Made by a program: the position numbers and the translations under genes
Notes under the pieces: model-generated
Database searches by the model: none
The model's input: the letters and a program-made list of their open reading frames with translations, nothing else
Told to the model about the DNA's origin: nothing
Shown: positions 50,589-62,825 of the stretch, in pieces
Layout: each line of letters opens with the position of its first letter
Numbering within the stretch: position 1 is the stretch's first letter
Assembly (NCBI RefSeq): GCF_000143415.4
Contig: NW_003314294.1
Span: forward strand, 811,546-875,452
Origin: Selaginella moellendorffii
Lineage: Eukaryota > Plantae > Lycopodiophyta
Direction: 5' to 3'
DNA length: 63,907 nt

Positions 50589-51297
50589 AGTCACATAAAT
50601 AGTGTTCTTATTACTCTGGATAAATTGGAGTCTATGTATAAAACTAAGATATGCTAGGATTTATACGCTCTGATCAGAATATACCATAAGTATATTTTAA
50701 ACAGCTATGTATTTTCCATGGTATGATTGACTTTGCCATCTTAATTATTCACATTGTGTGGCATCCTGTAGGGTCTGCTTGTAGCAAAAGAGTTAAAAGA
50801 TCATATAAAAAGTATCAAGCTTCATATTAAAAGCAAAGGTTGATTGACCCTTGATTAGTATACTGTAATAAATGAACAATATCTACATTATATCTAATTA
50901 TGTATCATAAATTTCATTTTTAAAATCTATTAAATTAAATTTAATGTATCTAGCTAGGAACAAGAATCCTAAAGTAAGGAGATAATTATGTCTTATTTAC
51001 CATACAAATTCTTCATAATTGAAATTAAGAGGTCAAGTTCAAATTAGCAGTGATGTATCAATTTTCAGTAATATACTGCTCAAATGAACATAATTTTACT
51101 AGTCTGCTTATGCTTGATAATGCCTTTTATGTCCTAAAAATAAATATAGAAAAGTTAAATATATAAACTTGTAAAGTTAATTTAACTTTATTTCTGATTT
51201 CACAATAAAAATATAAAATAAATAAAAGTGACTGAAACATTTTAGTAAAATAATTTATTTATATCTTTTATATTTAAAATCTAATAAAGTTTTTGCC

Positions 51298-52160
51298 ATG
51301 ATTTCTTGTAATGGTAGTCAATATTTACTATCATTTTTCTATATTATATTTTTGTTTATGAATTTACCTTTTGTTGTTTCTCCAAGGAAAGGAGCAACTT
51401 TTGGAAGGCTTGGAGTTTTAAAAACACATGATATTACTAAAATTGTTGGGGCAATTACAAATTATTTATCTACATTTGACGATAGAGAAAAATACTCAAG
51501 AATTTTAACCAATAATATAGAAGTACTAACTTCTACAGGATATGTTGATATATTATTAAAAACAAAATATCAATGTAGTACATCATCTACTCCCAAAACT
51601 ATAGTTGGTGGAAATTTAAAAAGAGGCTTTGAAAGTATTATATATGGTAGTATGACTGCTTTAATCCAAAATTTATCTGACTTTTTTGAAAAAGAAACAC
51701 TTTCTTACTATGTGCAATATAAGCTAAGAGGTAGCAGTCATGATGATCTTTTATTTATACATATAAATAATATTCAAAATATTATTTATTGTAATCTTAG
51801 AAGTAGTACTTTATTTTCAGAGTTTAAATTATTTTCAGGTAACTTTTTAATCTCTCAAAATGGTAAAAGTTTCTTAATATTAGACTCTTCATGTAGCCTT
51901 ATATTATATTATGAAAAGTCTATAATTTGGAAAGTAGAACGATTTTCTTTTAATTGTTATTTACTTTTACAACTTGATGGCAATTTAGTTTATATAATAA
52001 TAATAAAAATGCTATCTGGGCTACTAATAGTAATTGTAAATTTAGTTATTGCAATTTACCATCAATTTTTACTGTTCAAAATAATTGTAATCTAATACTT
52101 TATTCTGCAAAATTTCCTAATGCTACCTTATGGACATCAAAAACATCATGCAAGATATGA
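51298..52160 (+). pseudogene. Secreted chimeric protein: unknown N-terminal domain + bulb-type (GNA-related) mannose-binding lectin domain, 1-nt frameshift at ~51990
   Basis: Signal-peptide-like start; LFSGNFLISQNGK..LILDSSCSLILY..IIWK; QLDGNLV; continuation in the shifted frame YNNNKNAIWATNS...VQNNCNLILY...LWTSKT*. Confidence 0.72.
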
Positions 52161-52569
52161 ATGAAATTTCAATTTTATAAAACTAGATTTTAAATAAATA
52201 TGTACAAGTTTTGACAAATTTCATGTGTTTGTCTATATATATGTATGTATGTATGTCTCTATATATAATACAATAGATTTAGCTTGAAAAATAGTTGTGA
52301 AATCTGATTTAGTTAAAAAATAGAGCTGCTATATATATATATTCTATATGAAAACTTATATATAACTATAGTATATATATTATTTAGTTAGACCAATTTA
52401 CATCTAAACTTATTTTTATATATAAGTTTTTATTTATCTTTTAGTGTGAGTTTGACCATCTAATGAGCATGTTAAGTGTTTAATTCCTTCTATCTAAGAA
52501 AAAGAGGTTTATGATTTTTCAACACTAAAAACACTACAATATAAAGGTACCTGCTGAGATGTATCTTTT

Positions 52570-52655
52570 GATACCAAATGTAATGCATGTGGTTTTTACC
52601 TGTTATCCTATAGTAAATCACCATAAGATAAAAGGTAAAAACCACATACACTACA
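52570..52655 (-). repeat. 77-bp TG..CA-bounded hairpin adjacent to a tRNA-Met PBS-like motif
   Basis: TGTAATGCATGTGGTTTTTACCTGTTATC ... GATAAAAGGTAAAAACCACATACACTACA; preceded by GATACCAAA (reverse complement TTTGGTATC). Confidence 0.55.
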
Positions 52656-52946
52656 AACTAGCATATATGACATCATTATGTTATTGAGATTTTGTGCAGG
52701 TCTTTCTTGACCACTTCTAATAATAAAACAATAAGTATAAAAATTAAAAAAACCAAAATCTTATAAAAGTCTATGAGGGCCAAGTGTACGGCTACAATGC
52801 CGTATACTAATATTAGCGTAGTGGATTTTGGTAGCCGTCGGATTGGTTTCAATCCGGACCATTCACTCCTGTATATAAGCTAGGGTTTTTAGGCTAATTG
52901 AGATGCACATTTCTGTATTCCCTTTCCATATTCCATGCACTCACAT

Positions 52947-52966
52947 TGGTGGAGTTGAGGGGCATC
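52947..52966 (+). promoter_or_regulatory. Primer-binding site complementary to the tRNA-Ala 3' end
   Basis: TGGTGGAGTTGAGGGGCATC immediately after the 5' LTR, resembling the complement of tRNA-Ala (TGGTGGAG.TG.GGGG.ATC). Confidence 0.7.
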
Positions 52967-53178
52967 TTTGATTGTCCCTGGGGAGTGCTTGGATTTGGGA
53001 TTTCGGTTTAGATCTAGCTTTTGCATTGTCTAGATCTAGCTTTTTTCATTTCCTTTTTTTTGTTCTTTCCTTTCAAGATTTTGGTTTAGATCTAGCTTTT
53101 TGCATTGTCTAGATCTACCATTTCTTTCCAGCTTTTTGTCATTTCTCTTCTTTTGCTCTTTCTTTCTCATTCATTTTC

Positions 53179-54111
53179 ATGGCCGATCCGCAATCTCCTC
53201 CTTTGACTTTAGAGCAGCAGTTGGTTCAATTGCTTGATGCTATGCACTTGCAATTGAACAACCAAACTCAGTTGATGGCGGCGTTCACGGCACATGGTCC
53301 AACTCCTCCTGCTTTTGGTGCCAATCCTCGCGTTCGGCCGGAGTTCTTTCGTGGGAATCCTGGGGATGATGTGTACCATTGGTTCGATCACTTCACGGTG
53401 ATTGCCACATATCATTCTTGGGATGATACTCGATGTTTGCGTGAGTTCCCCACATGTCTTCAATGGACGGCATTGCAGTGGTACAATGGATTGAGCGCAG
53501 CTACTCGTGGCGATTGGAGTGTTCTTCTGGACATCTTCAAACGCGCCTTCGGACACGCCGACGATTGTGATGATGCCTTCCAACAATTGCATCGTCTTCG
53601 CCAAGGGCCATCTGAGTCGGTGATGCAATTTGGCGTTCGTTTCCGAAGTCTTTTGCTTCGTGCGGAGCCAAATATGTCGGAGCGGATCAAGCTAAGAATG
53701 CTGTGGCCAGCACTTCGTCAAGATCTTGTCGGACTTGTGCATGCACTTGCTCTTGCCACTCTTGACGATGCTCTTCGCTTGGCACAACGTTATGAGACGT
53801 CGCCTCTTCCACTTCTTGCTACACGTCCTTCAGCTCCACTTCCTATGAGTGATGGTCCTGTTCCCATGGAGGTTGATGCTGCTGCTACTCGAGTCCAAGG
53901 ACAAGGGCGAGGACGTGGTCGTGGCCGTGACGTTCATTGCTGGGTGTGTGATGAAGTTGGTCATACTTATCGACGTTGTCGGCACTTTCCGGATTGGCGA
54001 CCTCTATTTCCTGGGTGGAGACCTTGGCGTCAGCAACGTCCCGTTGGTGCTGCTGCGGTGGATGGTTTGGATACCAAGGTGCATTCGGGAAATGAGGAGT
54101 CGCGCAAGTAA
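53179..54111 (+). CDS. gag: Gag with CCHC zinc knuckle
   Basis: LHRLRQGPSESVMQFGVRF (major homology region), GPVPMEVD, CWVCDEVGHTYRRC. Confidence 0.93.
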   Translation: MADPQSPPLTLEQQLVQLLDAMHLQLNNQTQLMAAFTAHGPTPPAFGANPRVRPEFFRGNPGDDVYHWFDHFTVIATYHSWDDTRCLREFPTCLQWTALQWYNGLSAATRGDWSVLLDIFKRAFGHADDCDDAFQQLHRLRQGPSESVMQFGVRFRSLLLRAEPNMSERIKLRMLWPALRQDLVGLVHALALATLDDALRLAQRYETSPLPLLATRPSAPLPMSDGPVPMEVDAAATRVQGQGRGRGRGRDVHCWVCDEVGHTYRRCRHFPDWRPLFPGWRPWRQQRPVGAAAVDGLDTKVHSGNEESRK

Positions 54112-57100
54112 TGGAGGGACCTTGCGCGAATAAGTTAGTGACCCTTCCATCTTTCTTTCTAGAGTATCATCAAGGGGTTCACTCGGCACCGGTTCATCCA
54201 GTGTTTACTTTCCAAGCTCGTTTTTATAACAAGAGGTCTCCTATTCTTCTCTCCGTGTTGGTTGATACAGGTTTGAGTTTATCTTCTATTGCTCGACCTG
54301 TTGCCACACGTTGTCGTCTACACTTGCATCGTGCGGCAGATCCAGTTTTCATTCTTTATGGCAACGGCCGTACACATGCATGTGCACGAGATGAGGCGGA
54401 CCTGGTTGTGCGTGTGGGCGATCTCGAGCTTGAGTTGCAGTCATTGCAGGTGGTGCCGAGTCAAGCTTTTGACCTCATTCTTGGTATGGATTGGTTGCAG
54501 CACAATCATGCCAAGTGTGACTTTGAGGCTTTTCCCCCTTGTCTCATACTTCCTTATGTTTCATCCATTCCTCTCACTTCCGTACCTTTTCGTCCCTCTA
54601 CTTCTACCTCTGCTTCTATTACTTTTGTTCCCCCATTATTTTCTCTTGTGTTTCCATCTTGTTCTGCTCTTCCCTTTTCCGATCCCTCCGATGATCTTTG
54701 TGTTGCAGCTGTTGACCAGCTCATGAAGGAGTATTCTGATCTCTTTGAATTTGACCTATCGTCTGGGGCCAAGATTGCCACACGTCATCCCATTCCAACG
54801 GGGGATGCTCGTCCAATCAAGGTTCCTGTTCGTCGTCGGTCACCCAAGGAGATCAAGATTTTACGTGCAAACGTCAAGGAGATGTTGGAGAAGGGTGTTA
54901 TTCGGAAGTCGCGAAGTCCTTGGGCATGTGAACCTCATCTTGTGACGAAGCCTGATGGGAGTATTCGTTTCTGCATCGACTATCGTCCGTTAAATGAAGT
55001 GACGATCCCGGACGTGTACCCTCTTCCTCACACTGCTGATCTCTTGGATCGTCTGGGGCGAAGTCGTTGGTTCACCAAGCTAGATCTTGCTTCTGGGTAT
55101 TGGCAAGTACCGATGGCTGAAGACGATATTCCTAAGACTGCTTTTCGTACACCATTTGGTTTGTACGAGTTTTTGGTAATGCCGTTTGGTTTGAACAATG
55201 CTCCAGCAACTTTTCAGCGGATGATGGACGAGGTTCTTTGCGATATGCCGGAGGTGACAGCTGACTTCATTGATGATGTCTTGATCCACTCGGAGGGGAC
55301 GTGGGAGGAGCATATTCGTGATGTTTGTAAAGTGTTGGATCGGCTACGCGACGTTGGTTTAAAGCTGAAGTGGTCGAAGTGCGTGTTTGGGTCCAAGGAC
55401 ACAACTTATCTTGGGTACCGTATTTCTCGTGAGGGTTTGCAAGTTGATCCTGACAAACTTGTGGCTGTTCTAAAGTTCCCTACTCCAAAGTGTGTGAATG
55501 ATGTGCAGCACTTTTTGGGTAAGGTGCAGTATCTCGGTTGTTTTGTGGATCATCTTTCTGATCGCACTATACCATTGCGAGCGTTGCTGAAGTCATCAAC
55601 ATCATCTTTCATTTGGTCTCCCGATTGTGAGCGGGCGTTCGTGAATCTCAAAGGGCTATTGACGACTCCTCCGGTTTTGGCATATCCTGACTACACTCGA
55701 CCTTTTAGTTTGCGCGTGGATGCTTCTGACATTGGTCTTGGAGGTGTGTTGATGCAAGAGAGCTCGAGTGTGCCTGGTCAGTGCCATCCCATTGCATATA
55801 TAAGCCGTACATTACAACCAGCGGAGATGAACTACTCCACGACGGAGAAGGAGTGTTTAGCAGCAGTCTGGGGTTTCGAGAAACTTCATGCCTATCTACA
55901 TGGTTCTCGGACGTTACTTGAAGGTGACCATGCTGCTGTTACTTCATTATTGAAGCGGAAGAACCTGGTTGGTCGTACGGCTCGATGGGCTTTGAAGCTT
56001 CAGATATATGATTTCGATGTTGTTCATCGCCCAGGGAGTTCTATCGCTGATGCTGATGCCCTTTCTCGAGCTCCTCTTCCTTCTCCACTCACTTCTCATG
56101 TTTCTGACGAACCTGTTGTTCCAGCATCTGTGGATTTTCTAGATGAGGATTCTGTGCCGTCGGCGGTTGCTGTCCTTGATATTCAGTGTCCACAGGGCAT
56201 AGAGCAAGATCTACCTTCTCTGGACGAGGTTCGTGAGGCTCAAAAGATTGAGCCGTGGATTCGAAGGCTTCGAGATGGGTTTGAGAATCCTGCATCACTT
56301 GCTGATGACTTGCCTTTTCGGCATTTACATTCTCAATATCGCCTTGAAGATGGCCTTCTTTATTTTGTGGGGACGGATCCTGATGCTCATTTACGGCTGG
56401 TGGTGCCTTCGGTGTTTATTCCGCGGTTTCTCCATGCCTACCATGATTCTCCTATTCTAGGTGGGCATATGGGACACCGTCGTGTCACCGAGAAGTTGCG
56501 CAGATCTTTCTATTGGCTAGAGATGCAACGTGATATTATCTGGTATGTGCGTAGCTGCGTTTGGTGCCAAGCTCGTAATACTCCCCCTTGTGCTGCGGAA
56601 GGACGGTTGGAGTCAATTGCAGTTTCTCGTCCGTTTGAGTTGGTGGCATTTGATCTTATGGGACCTTTTCCGCAATCAACTGCTGGCAATGAGTATGTTA
56701 TTATTGCTTCTGACTATTTGACTCGTTGGGTGGAAGTTGGTGCTCTTGCTAGTGCCTCTGCAACTGCTGTTGGATACTTCCTCCTCAATCGAGTGGTGTT
56801 CCAGCATTCTTGTCCAGAACGGATTCTTTCAGATAATGGTCCTGCATTTATGGCTGAGGTATTTCATGTTTTGACATCTCGGTTGGGGATACGCCACACT
56901 TTTACGAGTGTTTATCATCCACAATCAAACGGTCTGGTGGAACGGCTCGTTCGGACATTCAAAGGGATGATTGCGAAGTATGTGAACTTTCAACATTTGG
57001 ATTGGGATGGTTATTTGCCGTCTCTTCAATATGCTTATGTCACAGGGGTGTAGAGTTCTATTGGTGCTTCACCATATAAACTTCTATATGGTCATGATCC

Positions 57101-57575
57101 AATATTACCAACAGAGCTGGGTTTACCTTCGCGATTGCCACGAGCTCCTGATGCTAGGTCATGGGATCAATATTTGACAAGCATTCTTCCACTTGTCCGA
57201 GCAAAGTCTGCTGAACACTTAGGCCGTGTACAAGTGGGATAACAACGACGCTACAATTCCCATCATCGTCCACCAGCGGAGTACAAAGTGGATGATTTGG
57301 TGTTAGTCCGTTTTCCCCATCTTACGGTACGTGGTTTATCTAAGGGGCTCCTTGCGCAGTGGAAAGGACCGTATCGGGTGTTGCGGCAAGTTGGACCACA
57401 AGTTTATGAGGTTCGGCATGACGTTCAGCAGGCCGATCCTCCGGAGATTGTGCATGTGCAGCGGTTAAAACGCTTCATACAAAGGGATCAAGAGCAGTTA
57501 ATACCGTCTACAAATCCACCGATGCCTCCTCCTGACGTTCCTCCAGATCCCGGCCCATCTACAAGGGAACCCTGA
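54111..57575 (+). pseudogene. pol: Pol (protease, RT, RNase H, integrase) with premature stops at 57051-57053 and 57240-57242
   Basis: LVDTG; RFCIDYRPLN, KLDLASGYWQ, MPFGLNNAPATFQ, FIDD; DASDIGLGGVL, NYSTTEKE; HHCC and D,D35E core; WKGPYRV in the same frame after TAG and TAA stops. Confidence 0.93.
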
Positions 57576-58863
57576 CGGCCTTCCATTATTCCGAGAGGAG
57601 GGGATGATGTGAGGGCCAAGTGTACGGCTACAATGCCGTATACTAATATTAGCGTAGTGGATTTTGGTAGCCGTCGGATTGGTTTCAATCCGGACCACTC
57701 ACTCCTGTATATAAGCTAGGGTTTTTGGGCTAATTGAGATGCACATTTCTGTATTCCCTTTCCATATTCCATGCACTCACAAGTCTATTGCCAAAAAGAA
57801 ATTATAGTACAACCCCATAATATCCTGTTTAACACATTTATAAACTAAAACTTTATAATGCACAAGTTAATGAAAAGCATAACTGCATCAATTCAAAGGC
57901 CAAGCCTAACAAAGTTATATTCAGGAAGTGATCACCAAACCAATCCTCCATAAATCCATATTCTATATCAAAATGTTACTCAAGTTATAATAGATATAAG
58001 AAGAAGCATTAATGATCATTATTCTTAAACTCAACCAACAAGGATTTAATAACTCTAATATTAATCACTAACTCTTCATTTTGCAAAGTTAACATAGTCC
58101 ATACTAAATCACTTTCAAAGAAAAGCCAAAACTCAACCAATTTTGTTTAAAATATAGATACCCTAATTTGCCACTCAACTTATTTAAACCCGAATATAGT
58201 TGTTAACACATGAATGCTAATAACATAAAGGTATAACCAAATTATTAATACCATTTTCACCAAGATTAGCAAAATAAAATGTCAATCTCCAATAAAGTTA
58301 TAACTAATTACTAAGCATTTGATTCACTACAGACGGAAAATTTGACATTCCTATAGAGAAAACATCCGATCTCATTCTAATCTTAACTTCAATAATGTCA
58401 ATATTAAAGCATAATTTCAATGTTGTTAAGACTAAAACAAAGCTAGAAGAAGGTAAGAGTGAATCATCACTTAAATCTCTTTAACAACCAAGGTTAACCA
58501 AGGTTAAAGATACTATACTTAGTATTTAAGGCCAATCTGTCAAGAATACTTAGTTATAGATAATACATCATTAAGGAGTGAATCATCATATATAAGACTC
58601 AATACAATTTAATATCATGAACTAAACTTAACTAGATAATATTAACATAGGTGGATCAATAATCCCATCAACACATCTAGCCATAACTTTGAGCATGACT
58701 GAAGAAGTTAACTAAAAATGATTAACACTCAATTGAAACTAAAATGATGACTATAAGATGGGCTTATATATATACATAACATCCTAATAAACAATCTTAC
58801 AATATAGGTACTAACACTATAACTACAAAACAACTAAGCTAGATATCACTATCTTCAACCAAT

Positions 58864-59464
58864 TATAAGTAATTAAAGAGAACAATTTGAAAGACAATTT
58901 ATAAAGGTTCAAATATAAAAGAAAAGGGAATACACCCCCTTTTCTAATTAATTAACAGTTTTAGGATATTTAGGGTTAAGCATCATTGAATTTGAGTATT
59001 TGAGTATTATGCTGGATGACATCTTAAGAAGTCCAAATTGAGGAAATAGTATTAAAAGGGTATTGAGTCTAAGTTTGTTAGTTGGCTAAGGGAATCACAC
59101 TATATGTTAAGATTGACAGTTGGTAGTCTAATTTGCTTTAGTTAAGCTCAACTCAAAAGGTAAGGTGTCAAGAGGCATTTAGTAATCCAATTTACTTTAG
59201 CTGGGCTCAACCTAAAGGGTAGGGTGTTAAGAGAGTGAAGTGCTTAAATTTTGTTCATTTGTAAGGAAATATAGCAAATTGTAAGCAATTGATCTCTTTG
59301 ATTGGGATAAAAGAGAATGACTCAAAAGACGATTTATAGGGGTTTAAATATAGAGTGCACCCAATTTTCTAATTTGTTAAGGGTGTTGGGATACTTGGAA
59401 TTAAGTGTTTTTAGGTTTGAATAATACTTTCTAAGATATTTATTACTTGGAGTTAATACTTACA
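58864..59464 (+). mobile_element. Degenerate Cassandra-like TRIM copy
   Basis: LTR-like segments starting at 58864 and 59280, the latter ending CTTACA; 5S remnant GCTGGATGACATCTTAAGAAGTCC; interior TTGGCTAAGGGAATCACAC matches the reverse complement of the 12521-12725 interior. Confidence 0.75.
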
Positions 59465-62400
59465 AGTGTATGGCTACCAAGACCAAGTCAAAATCAATAA
59501 GAGCTCACTACTCCCATAGAGTTTAATTCAAATGCAAGGTGTAATCTGCGACTAAATATAACACTACCTAAAAAAGGCATAATTCATAACCTAAGTTTTA
59601 TTTATTGATAATTTGGTCTCTAAAATATCTTTGTCTATGACTTTGATATTATCCATCTAATTAATCATGAAGTTTGGGTCAGTAAAGGTAAGTTTTAACA
59701 CTTTATGTGCATAGTGAAATCTTTAGTCATAGGATAATTAATGTTAATTGGTCACATAACCCACCTTTCTCTTGATATTCCTAATTTTGCTAAAAGGGTG
59801 TGAAAGCTAATTGCATATTTACAATATTCTTACTGATGGGTTTGGTTTATTTACTTATGAGGGTTGAGGTCATTGGCATCTCTCTCTATATCACATGCAG
59901 GTAAGGGCATATCATCTTTTATAAACTTGGTGACTCCCAAAGCAGTAAGGATGGCTGATTTTATTAGTTATTTCCTTGTTGATAACAATTGGAAGGTGTA
60001 TAAGTGTTAATATGTTTTACGGAGACAAATGACTAAATTTTCCATTCTACTTTAACCATTTAATTACATCTTTGACTACTTGGAGGAGTCTCACTCATGA
60101 ACTTTATAAGTTTTATTCTTAACTTGGGAACATGCTGAGTGGTCATCCCTTGACCACACCATAGCATCTTTAGGATGCCCGGAGACATAAGAAACACCCA
60201 TTAATCCCCATCATGTCCCTATTCATCCATAGTTGTGCTTGCCAACACTGCCACTGGTTTAGGGCTTAAAGGCCCGACCACTAAGTCTTACTGACTTCTA
60301 GGACTTCCTCACCATATAATTATATCCTTAATCACTACACCAAAGGATTGTTTTTCTTCCTTTCCAAAGTTTGGGACTTTAAGATAACATTTCAAAACAT
60401 CATAGCCATACGTGAGCCTTGTGAGTACTCTCCCCACCTTTTGCCTTTAAGTGCCCTAGCCATGTGGCTAGAGCAAGGTTTTGATGAGCCACACCAAGGT
60501 TAGAATTCCACTTCAATCACTACCATATGGCACCCTTTTGATTCCACTTTAGGGCTTAGGGATTTGTGTTTCACCACCTATAAACGAAATTCGATGTCCT
60601 CATCAAATGATAAATCATTTTATAAAGTAACACTATTATATATTACCCTTTCCATCCTTAACACCAAGCTAATATTTGTCGATGGTTTGACACCGAAAGC
60701 TCACCATGCTTTACCCATCCTCTAAGGAGCATAATCTCTCTAATTTAGAGACTCATTCGACCACTTGTGGTGGTTCTCTCCCTTTATTAGTTTAGTTTTT
60801 GCTAAACCTATTAGAGACATCTTCTCTATTTCAATCTCACTACTCATTCCTGAGTAGTCTCAACTTCTATTAACATATCCATTGCATTTTGGAACTTTTA
60901 ATTTTGACTTCTCGAAGTCAATTTCCTGAGTGTCTCTGACACCTTGTATTACATATATTGTGCAATTCCACTTCTCTATCCTTGAAAGCTTTTTACTTGA
61001 GGGCACCATCATCCTCTCTTTTATTTCATGCTACTCTAGACACTAAGTGTCATTTATCCATAATTTGTGCTAAGGTTGTCCATAACTCTATCATTTTGCT
61101 ACCTTGCTACTCCATCTCTTGGAGTTTTATCCTTCGCCACATTAAAGTGTTAAAGAAATTCATCCTTGGAAACTTATTTCCTTTCCCACAATCTATTAGC
61201 ATCCACCACTTAATGGTTCTTCTTCTAACTTGTCATTTAAATTCCTTCCAATGATTTGTATGATCCATTCTTGGTTATTAGTTTTTTGCTCATATCCTTT
61301 GATTGTTGTATATACCTTTTTGATGTGCTCTTTTGGATATTTTATTATCCATCCATTGCTTTGGAATGTAAATATGTCCTCTAATGGGAAAGGCAAGTAC
61401 TCATTATATACTTCTACTTCAACTTGTAGTACTATCATTTTTGCACACAATTCTCCTATTTCGACATAGTATACTTTACACAATAGGTCCAGACTCTCTA
61501 TCATTGCTCAACCTACTTCTCTTCCAGTCTCTATAAAAAGTGAGACAATGATAATGAAGTTACTTCTTTGATAATCTTATACAACTTTTCTACTTTAACT
61601 TGTATTTCTTACCAGTTGCTTATATAAAAAACATGTCTCCAACTTCTAGACACCACCCTATCATCAAGGTTCCACTATAAGAAAAATGAATTTTATAAAA
61701 ACCTTTGCATACCTTAGAATTCACTAGTTGATGCTACACTTTTTTGATGCCACACCCATCACTAGTTTAATTTGTGCATGCTGGAAATGTGAAGTATAAT
61801 TATAGTGATGAAAAATATAGAAAGTTTATAAAGATCTACTTACAACATCATTGATGTTTTGACAGCTATGGTATTCCATAAATTCTCCTTTGGATCCATA
61901 TCCAATGAACTCCTATAAAAAAACTCATGTTTCACATCAAATTGTACCAATAACATAAGAAAGATATATGCCTTTGTAGTTGCATTTTTATTATGAACAT
62001 TCATCAAATTGGTAATGGGTATTGGCTGTAAGATAAGAAAAATATCAATAGGTAATTGAGAACGTAAAAGCTTACAATAGTTGAGGTGGTTAGGTTTTCA
62101 AACTTAGAGGCCAAGTGTGAGATTTAGATATGTCATTGAAGTCAGTACTTCGTCATCTTCTCCCAATGCTTCAGCATCTGCAAACACTGAATCTAAGGAA
62201 TATCAAGTCATATACTCTAGCTAAGATATTATTGTGAGACACAAATCCCTAAGCCCCAAAGTAGAACTGAAAGTGTGCCGTATGACAATGATTGAAGCGG
62301 AAGTCTAACAAGTGTAACATGTTTAGACCAAAAGCTCCGACTCGAAAAGTCGAGAATGGGAATGGAACTCCAAATAAAATGCTCAATGAATAAGCACGAA

Positions 62401-62479
62401 GATCAATGAATGAGTCTCTAAAAAGGGATATAAGAGGGATTGATACATGGCAAGTGTCATGACACATGGAAGTGTAAGG

Positions 62480-62825
62480 ACTAAGTCTGAGAAGGAGTCC
62501 GAGAAGGAATCTAAGATGGAGTTCAAGATAGAGTCCGAGAAGGAGGCCGAGATGGAGTCCGAGATGGAGTCTGAAATGGAGTTTAAAGAGTCTAAGATGG
62601 AGTTCGAGATGGAATCCAAGAAGGAGTCTAAGATAGAGTCTAAGAAGAAGTCCGAGATGGAATCCAAAAAGGAGTCCGAGATGGAGCCCGAGATCAAGTT
62701 CGAGATGGAGTTCAAGAAGGAGTGCGAGATGGAATTCGAGATGGAGCCTGAGATCAAGTCTGAGATGGAGATTGAGATTGAGACCAAGACCGAGACAAAG
62801 ACTGAGTCCAAGTCTGAGTCCAAAT
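62480..62825. repeat. 12-bp minisatellite (GAGTCCGAGATG-like), open on both strands
   Basis: Translates as (ESEM/ESKM/EFEM)n on + and (SISD/LHLG)n on -. Confidence 0.85.

Larger units (their letters stand above)
52772..57781 (+). mobile_element. Full-length Ty3/gypsy LTR retrotransposon (non-chromovirus)
   Basis: 174-bp LTRs at 52772-52945 and 57608-57781 differing at 3 positions; TSD AGTC; PBS; PPT GAGAGGAGGGGATGA (57593-57607); gag and PR-RT-RH-INT order. Confidence 0.97.

Noticed and set aside
50142-50657. Long ORFs across 50.2-50.6 kb
   Set aside because: Artefacts of the N gap.
60000-62300. Transposon ORF remnants on the minus strand
   Set aside because: Probably TE-derived but too decayed to classify by eye.
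62480-62825. CRISPR-like array
   Set aside because: Tandem 12-mers without unique spacers, no cas genes, and a eukaryotic context.
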